A stretch of DNA of 64,000 nucleotides, from the sequence record NZ_MK262712.1. One strand, 5' to 3'. Made by a program: the position numbers and the translations under genes. The notes beneath the pieces are model-generated. The model had not been told where the DNA came from. It was given only the letters and a program-made list of their open reading frames with translations, and made no database searches. Positions within the stretch are counted from its first letter, which is position 1; the number at the start of each line of letters is the position of its first letter. Positions 59,823 through 64,000 of the stretch are shown one piece after another. This stretch comes from a plasmid.

Positions 59823-60287
59823 ATGTTGATTAACAATAAAGTTAAAAAAGAAATAAAGGCAAAAAGAAAGAAGGCGTCCAATATATTTTGGACGTGCCAT
59901 TACATCGAAAAGAAATATCTAGAACCTATTGTACTAGCCCTACTCTGGTTATCTGGGATACCATTGCTGGCATATCTTAAGCTATCCCCGCAATGTTCAC
60001 CTTTGACTGCATTGCTGATATACGGATTTGGGATTATTACAGTACTTTCTGTATGGTTCTATTTGGATCTTCCTAAAAGCTGGATTGATTTACTTGACCG
60101 TCAAATTTTGAAGTACCGATCAGATACATCATTCATTGATGTACTCAAAAATGTGCACACTGAAGACTTTATTGACCATGGCAAGATAATAGTACCAATT
60201 CTCGACATTAAATATTGGGCTGTTAGCCAAGAATGCCAACTGAATAGACTGCTTAGGAAAGAAAATAGCGTCAAAATCAAAAAATAG
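59823..60287 (+). CDS. Membrane protein, 154 aa
   Basis: Two or three TM helices after a basic N-terminus. Confidence 0.35.
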   Translation: MLINNKVKKEIKAKRKKASNIFWTCHYIEKKYLEPIVLALLWLSGIPLLAYLKLSPQCSPLTALLIYGFGIITVLSVWFYLDLPKSWIDLLDRQILKYRSDTSFIDVLKNVHTEDFIDHGKIIVPILDIKYWAVSQECQLNRLLRKENSVKIKK

Positions 60288-60386
60288 GTAGTTGTTAACC
60301 TTAAAAGTTTTGAAAGTAAAAAGGATTGATGTCCATTCATTAATTTTCAATTATCAAATTGCAGAAAGTTACTTTCTGGGGGATCT

Positions 60387-60965
60387 ATGTCTGAAAAGAT
60401 AATCAAAAGGGGGGGGGAGCTCATAGAGTTGCCCTCTCACAACAACAATGCCGTAAAAACCGAGATGCAGACCAGGACAGAAAAACCCAAAACGACAATC
60501 ACCAAAGCGCAAAGAGAAGAGCTCAGATTAAAATTTGCGTGCAGGTGTGCCTACTGCGGCTGTGAACTGAAGGAAAAGGGCTGGCATGCCGATCATGTAG
60601 AGCCAGTTCGTAGAGATTTCGATATAGTTCGCGCGCCCCAGGGGAGTAGGGTGAGTCACGTCGCACGCAGCAATGGACGAGTATTTCATCCTGATCGCCA
60701 TGATTTAGATAATCTTTTCCCTGCGTGTTCAGCATGCAACCTTTTCAAAGCGACATATTCGATCGAAGGGTTCAGGGAACAGATTGCCCACCAGCCTGAG
60801 CGTGCTCAGGCATACTCAGTCAATTTCCGCACAGCCCAACGATTTGGGCTGGTAACGGTTATTGAGAAACCTGTGGTTTTCTGGTTTGAGGCGTACGATG
60901 CCTCAAAAGAACTTGAACCCCAGCTTTCTTATTTTTTGGCACACCGGGAGGCTTATCAGGATTGA
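60387..60965 (+). CDS. HNH-family endonuclease
   Basis: CRCAYCGC...GWHADHVEPV...DNLFPACSACNLFK, the classic CxxC-HxDH-N-CxxCN HNH pattern. Palindrome GAAAGTTACTTTC lies 10 nt upstream. Confidence 0.65.
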   Translation: MSEKIIKRGGELIELPSHNNNAVKTEMQTRTEKPKTTITKAQREELRLKFACRCAYCGCELKEKGWHADHVEPVRRDFDIVRAPQGSRVSHVARSNGRVFHPDRHDLDNLFPACSACNLFKATYSIEGFREQIAHQPERAQAYSVNFRTAQRFGLVTVIEKPVVFWFEAYDASKELEPQLSYFLAHREAYQD

Positions 60966-61279
60966 GGTTTGCTGTCTTTTCTTGGACTGATGTCGGCTTC
61001 TTTAATCCGTTCCTCAGCTTGCATTCCGGTATAGATACATATAGCACTATTGTAATTATTAAAAGCAATCTGACTTTTGAAATCACAAAAATATGCAGGG
61101 TTCTTTGTCGCTATAGTATCGCCTTTCTGGCACTTCCCCTTCAGGCCTTCAATCAATGAGTCATTATCGGTGCCCATACATGCTTTGCCAGTTGGGGTTA
61201 TACCTTCTTCCTTACAGCCAGAAAGAAAGACTGTGGCACAGATCAACACTGTAAGCATTTTTTTTTGCATTGTTCCCAT
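60956..61279 (-). CDS. Small lipoprotein, 107 aa
   Basis: Lipobox VFLSGC|KEE. Confidence 0.4.
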   Translation of the reverse strand: MGTMQKKMLTVLICATVFLSGCKEEGITPTGKACMGTDNDSLIEGLKGKCQKGDTIATKNPAYFCDFKSQIAFNNYNSAICIYTGMQAEERIKEADISPRKDSKPQS

Positions 61280-61373
61280 TCCCTGTTATACATGGTTTTT
61301 CAATTATAGACATTACCTGGTCTGATGCATCTACCAGTAATTGTATCGCGTCTATCTGGCTTAATGCCTCAAC

Positions 61374-61805
61374 ATGGTAAAAACGGATAAACGCATACCA
61401 TCTCAGCTCCCCCTTGACCCAAAACTTCCGGCCAATTTTGATGACACCCCTAATAGTGAACGAAGCAAAGAACAGCTAGATGAATGGTGGGATCATCCTT
61501 ATGGGATCACTAAACCAGACGGCTCATTTACTGACAGATGTCTTAACGGTGGAGCGAGGGACCGCTCATCGGTGCTTGGAAAGGTAAGAACTTACGAAGA
61601 GGCTTGTGTCCTGGCTCACGACGCCCAGGCAAAATGGGTCAATACCCGTCTGAAACCTATCTTCATGTACTCTAACGAACCGCCCTTCAGGCTAGTGGTT
61701 CAGTCCCAGCGACCAGATTACGAAGAAAGCATCATTGAGGAGTTCAATACTATTGATGAAATTAATTTGTTCTTGTTAAAGCAGCACCCCACCCGAACTA
61801 CTTGA
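61374..61805 (+). CDS. Hypothetical protein, 143 aa
   Basis: ORF only. Confidence 0.3.
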   Translation: MVKTDKRIPSQLPLDPKLPANFDDTPNSERSKEQLDEWWDHPYGITKPDGSFTDRCLNGGARDRSSVLGKVRTYEEACVLAHDAQAKWVNTRLKPIFMYSNEPPFRLVVQSQRPDYEESIIEEFNTIDEINLFLLKQHPTRTT

Positions 61806-61989
61806 ATTACCTCCGACCATCGACACAAAACTCATTGATCTTGAGGCCGTGGCCTGGTATGGGAAAGAGCTTGATCTCGCTGCCTCCAGACTAAAGGCTG
61901 AGCTTATGGCCATTTCTGTTTTGCGTGAGGAGGTCAGTATGGCCGTTCGTAGGAAAAAAGGAGACGCCAGTTAGCGGCGGACTGTGGGA

Positions 61990-62349
61990 TTACCGGCGTT
62001 TATCAATAGTGTCAACTATCAAGCTTATGTAAGCAGACCTCGAATCTTCACTGTCGGACTGTCTTGCATAGGCTTTTTTTATTGCTCCATCGGAGAGTGG
62101 ATGCTTCATATTGAGGAATAACATTACCACCAACACATCAATACAGCGGGCGGATGCAAAATACTCATAGATATAATCGTACGTCGTTTTTTTAAAATCG
62201 CCCCCCACTGAGCCGAGGTCAATCAGCGCTGCGATTATCTCTCCTGCCTCGCCATTCCTAACAGTTGGCTTCAACTGGCTTAGTTTTCGTTTCAGAGCCT
62301 CATCGCGATCTCGTTGTTGCTGTAGATAATCAGAAAGGCTATTAAACAT
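61990..62349 (-). CDS. Hypothetical protein, 119 aa
   Basis: ORF only. Confidence 0.3.
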   Translation of the reverse strand: MFNSLSDYLQQQRDRDEALKRKLSQLKPTVRNGEAGEIIAALIDLGSVGGDFKKTTYDYIYEYFASARCIDVLVVMLFLNMKHPLSDGAIKKAYARQSDSEDSRSAYISLIVDTIDKRR

Positions 62350-62579
62350 TCAAACTGGTCCTGTGCATTCTAATCTCACCTATCATACGGACATTCTTAA
62401 AATCTTGGAACCAGGGAAAGATACGGTCGGATCTAGACCGGTAGTGGGGGAGTATCGACTTTTACCTTTCGAAAAAACAGTCGTTTTATAAAAGGGGTTG
62501 CAGCGTACCTAAAATAAGGTACAATTTGTTTGAAAGGGAAGGCTACGGAGCCGCCCATTAACTGCCTAAGGAGGCGTTC

Positions 62580-63023
62580 ATGTCAACTATCCCTCAATTA
62601 GCTAAGCTGGGTTTTTCCTCAGATGTTGTTCCTGTGATCAATACCCCAGCGCCCAATATGACTCGCGGATTTGAGCGCTTTCATATCAGCTATAACAGTT
62701 CATCTGCCGGGTATGGCTGCGATACAACCGCTCTGGTTCTGGATGGCCGTGTGTTTTTCGTACTGAACGGGGACCATGCCTGTGATATGACCAAAGCTGC
62801 CGCAGCACGCGGTATCGATGGCTGCATTGACGTCTTCATAGACCGTATCGAGTCGGCTAGTCGACACAGCGAGCATAAAATGGCTATTGGTCTGACAAAC
62901 GATGAGTTCGGATTGATGCCGACCGCGCTCGCTGTCATCGGAGAAGAGAACATCCTCCGTCTTCTATCTGCTGTGACAGGAAACGTTCAGGACTTTTCAG
63001 CGTACGGTATTAATCAGGATTAA
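62580..63023 (+). CDS. Hypothetical protein, 147 aa
   Basis: Reasonable RBS (aggagg) 6 nt upstream. No motif recognised. Confidence 0.35.
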   Translation: MSTIPQLAKLGFSSDVVPVINTPAPNMTRGFERFHISYNSSSAGYGCDTTALVLDGRVFFVLNGDHACDMTKAAAARGIDGCIDVFIDRIESASRHSEHKMAIGLTNDEFGLMPTALAVIGEENILRLLSAVTGNVQDFSAYGINQD

Positions 63024-63264
63024 CCATTCTCAGCCCCTACTGACCCATAACTTTTGAGGCTTGCATGAAACTTGAAGATTTAACAGGTGACGACCGTACT
63101 CTGGTTGTAGTCGCTCTCCAGGCTCTTTTCCGGGAGCGAAGTAACTCATATCATGCAGCCTGCACCGCCTGCCAGCTTGCAGGCGAGAAACCACCAGCTG
63201 AGAATCTTTTTGGCGTGGAGGAAAGTATTTCGGCAATTCGCCGGATGGGAGCTCTCCCGCAGAG

Positions 63265-63537
63265 ATGAAGCCAGATATGAAATCAACCAATGAGAACGAA
63301 AACAGACGCGGATTGCTCATCAGTGCAGGTCAGTTGCTGTTTGGTGAGCGCTGGCAAACAGAACTCGCCAGAGCCCTTGGACTGTCGGACGGCAGACGCA
63401 TCCGGCAGTGGCTTTCTGGTGACAGACCAATACCTGTCGGTATATGGGATGACCTGCGTGAACTCCTGGAGGACAGAAGCTCCAAAATGGAGCTGATAGT
63501 TAAACAGATTCAAGCCAGTAAGAAAGATAAAATGTAG
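63265..63537 (+). CDS. Small Cro/XRE-like HTH regulator candidate, 90 aa
   Basis: ELARALGLSDGRRIRQWLSGDRPIP resembles a Cro-type HTH. Overlaps the 67-aa upstream ORF (63065..63268). Confidence 0.35.
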   Translation: MKPDMKSTNENENRRGLLISAGQLLFGERWQTELARALGLSDGRRIRQWLSGDRPIPVGIWDDLRELLEDRSSKMELIVKQIQASKKDKM

Positions 63538-63569
63538 GTACCTGCAGCTGACCATTAACAGGAGGCATA

Positions 63570-64000
63570 ATGACGCAACAATTTTCTCCTCCGTATGAGG
63601 TGGTGGAAATGTCCCGGCGTATTTTTGAAAATTTAATCTCCAGTACTCTTAAGACATCTGATACCACAGGAACCTGCATGTATGGTTCGATTCTGGTTTC
63701 CATGCTACTGGAGAAATTTTCTGGGGTCAGGACGCGTATCGCCGGTGGTGATGGTGTTGGTGATGGCGGAATTGTCACCCCTGAAGGCATGAAAGGGCAT
63801 TACTGGGTTGTCGCTAACGTTCATGGCATGCACTTTATTGTAGATATAACTGCCGATCAGTTCGGTATGGACAGTATCATATACAAAGGTCTTAAGGATG
63901 CCCCGGAGTACGTGGAAGGGCACCAGGCTGTAGTAGATGAGCATGTTGCTGATAGTTTTCAGAAGCTTTTTCAAAGCTACTCTTCAGAGGATACCCGGCT
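63570..64000 (+). CDS. Partial CDS running off the window end; hypothetical
   Basis: ATG at 63570 (MTQQFSPPYEVVEMSRR...) after ggaggcataa. No stop within the window. Confidence 0.3.
   Translation, partial: MTQQFSPPYEVVEMSRRIFENLISSTLKTSDTTGTCMYGSILVSMLLEKFSGVRTRIAGGDGVGDGGIVTPEGMKGHYWVVANVHGMHFIVDITADQFGMDSIIYKGLKDAPEYVEGHQAVVDEHVADSFQKLFQSYSSEDTR

Noticed and set aside
2816-60378. Interpretation of AAAGT-N-ACTTT as an RNA hairpin or terminator element.
   Set aside because: A 1-nt centre cannot form a hairpin loop, and copies occur in both orientations and inside ORFs. This fits a dsDNA protein-binding dyad better.
62580-63023. Possible ArdB/KlcA-type antirestriction protein.
   Set aside because: Only a vague size and position resemblance. 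No convincing motif match by eye.

Overview
This window reads as a conjugative-plasmid segment from an Enterobacterales-type replicon, carrying an H-type (IncHI-like, MPF-F family) transfer region; all calls are by eye from the sequence, no searches run.

Minus-strand transfer genes form two blocks.
- 11.8-17.9 kb: TraN-like (1061 aa, Cys-rich), TraU-like, a TraW/TrbC-fusion-like gene and a TraF-type signal peptidase.
- 26.9-36.4 kb: VirB4/TraC ATPase, TraV lipoprotein, DsbC/TrbB-like thioredoxin, TraB/VirB10, TraK/VirB9, TraE/VirB8, TraL/VirB3 and the pilin.

A 1413-aa exported Ig-like giant protein (possibly RSP-like) and a novel four-gene operon of exported proteins, led by a degenerate lambda-phosphatase-like protein, sit between the two blocks.

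The left end (1-5.6 kb) holds a UvrD-like helicase operon and a Phd/YefM-RelE toxin-antitoxin pair. It is followed by a nest of IS200/IS605-family elements: a solo tnpB, a full tnpA/tnpB copy, a remnant of a second tnpB, a duplicated helicase 5' end, and an IS-truncated traG-like pseudogene.

The right half carries a ParA/ParB partition locus. It is flanked upstream by a ~2.2-kb array of ~34 tandem 66-bp repeats, each with an AACAAC-N3-GTTGTT inverted repeat, and downstream by a 3-unit mini-array. Four paralogous ~800-aa exported proteins converge on this locus (one on the plus strand, three tandem on the minus strand); they share a conserved C-terminus and have divergent N-terminal/middle regions. 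A second ParB/KorB-like HTH protein, an NYN/PIN-like protein, an HNH nuclease and small accessory ORFs complete the right end.

The most striking signal is an 11-13 bp palindrome, AAAAGT-N-ACTTTT with a variable central base. I count 24 copies with the full outer AAAAGT...ACTTTT arms, about 30 perfect AAAGT-N-ACTTT cores and about 36 including near-matches, where well under 1 is expected by chance. They lie in promoters and 5' UTRs (including upstream of every paralog and a 5-copy hub upstream of the pilin operon), over start codons, and inside coding regions in different frames. I interpret this as a plasmid-wide operator network for a global regulator, possibly the ParB/KorB-like protein encoded in the window.
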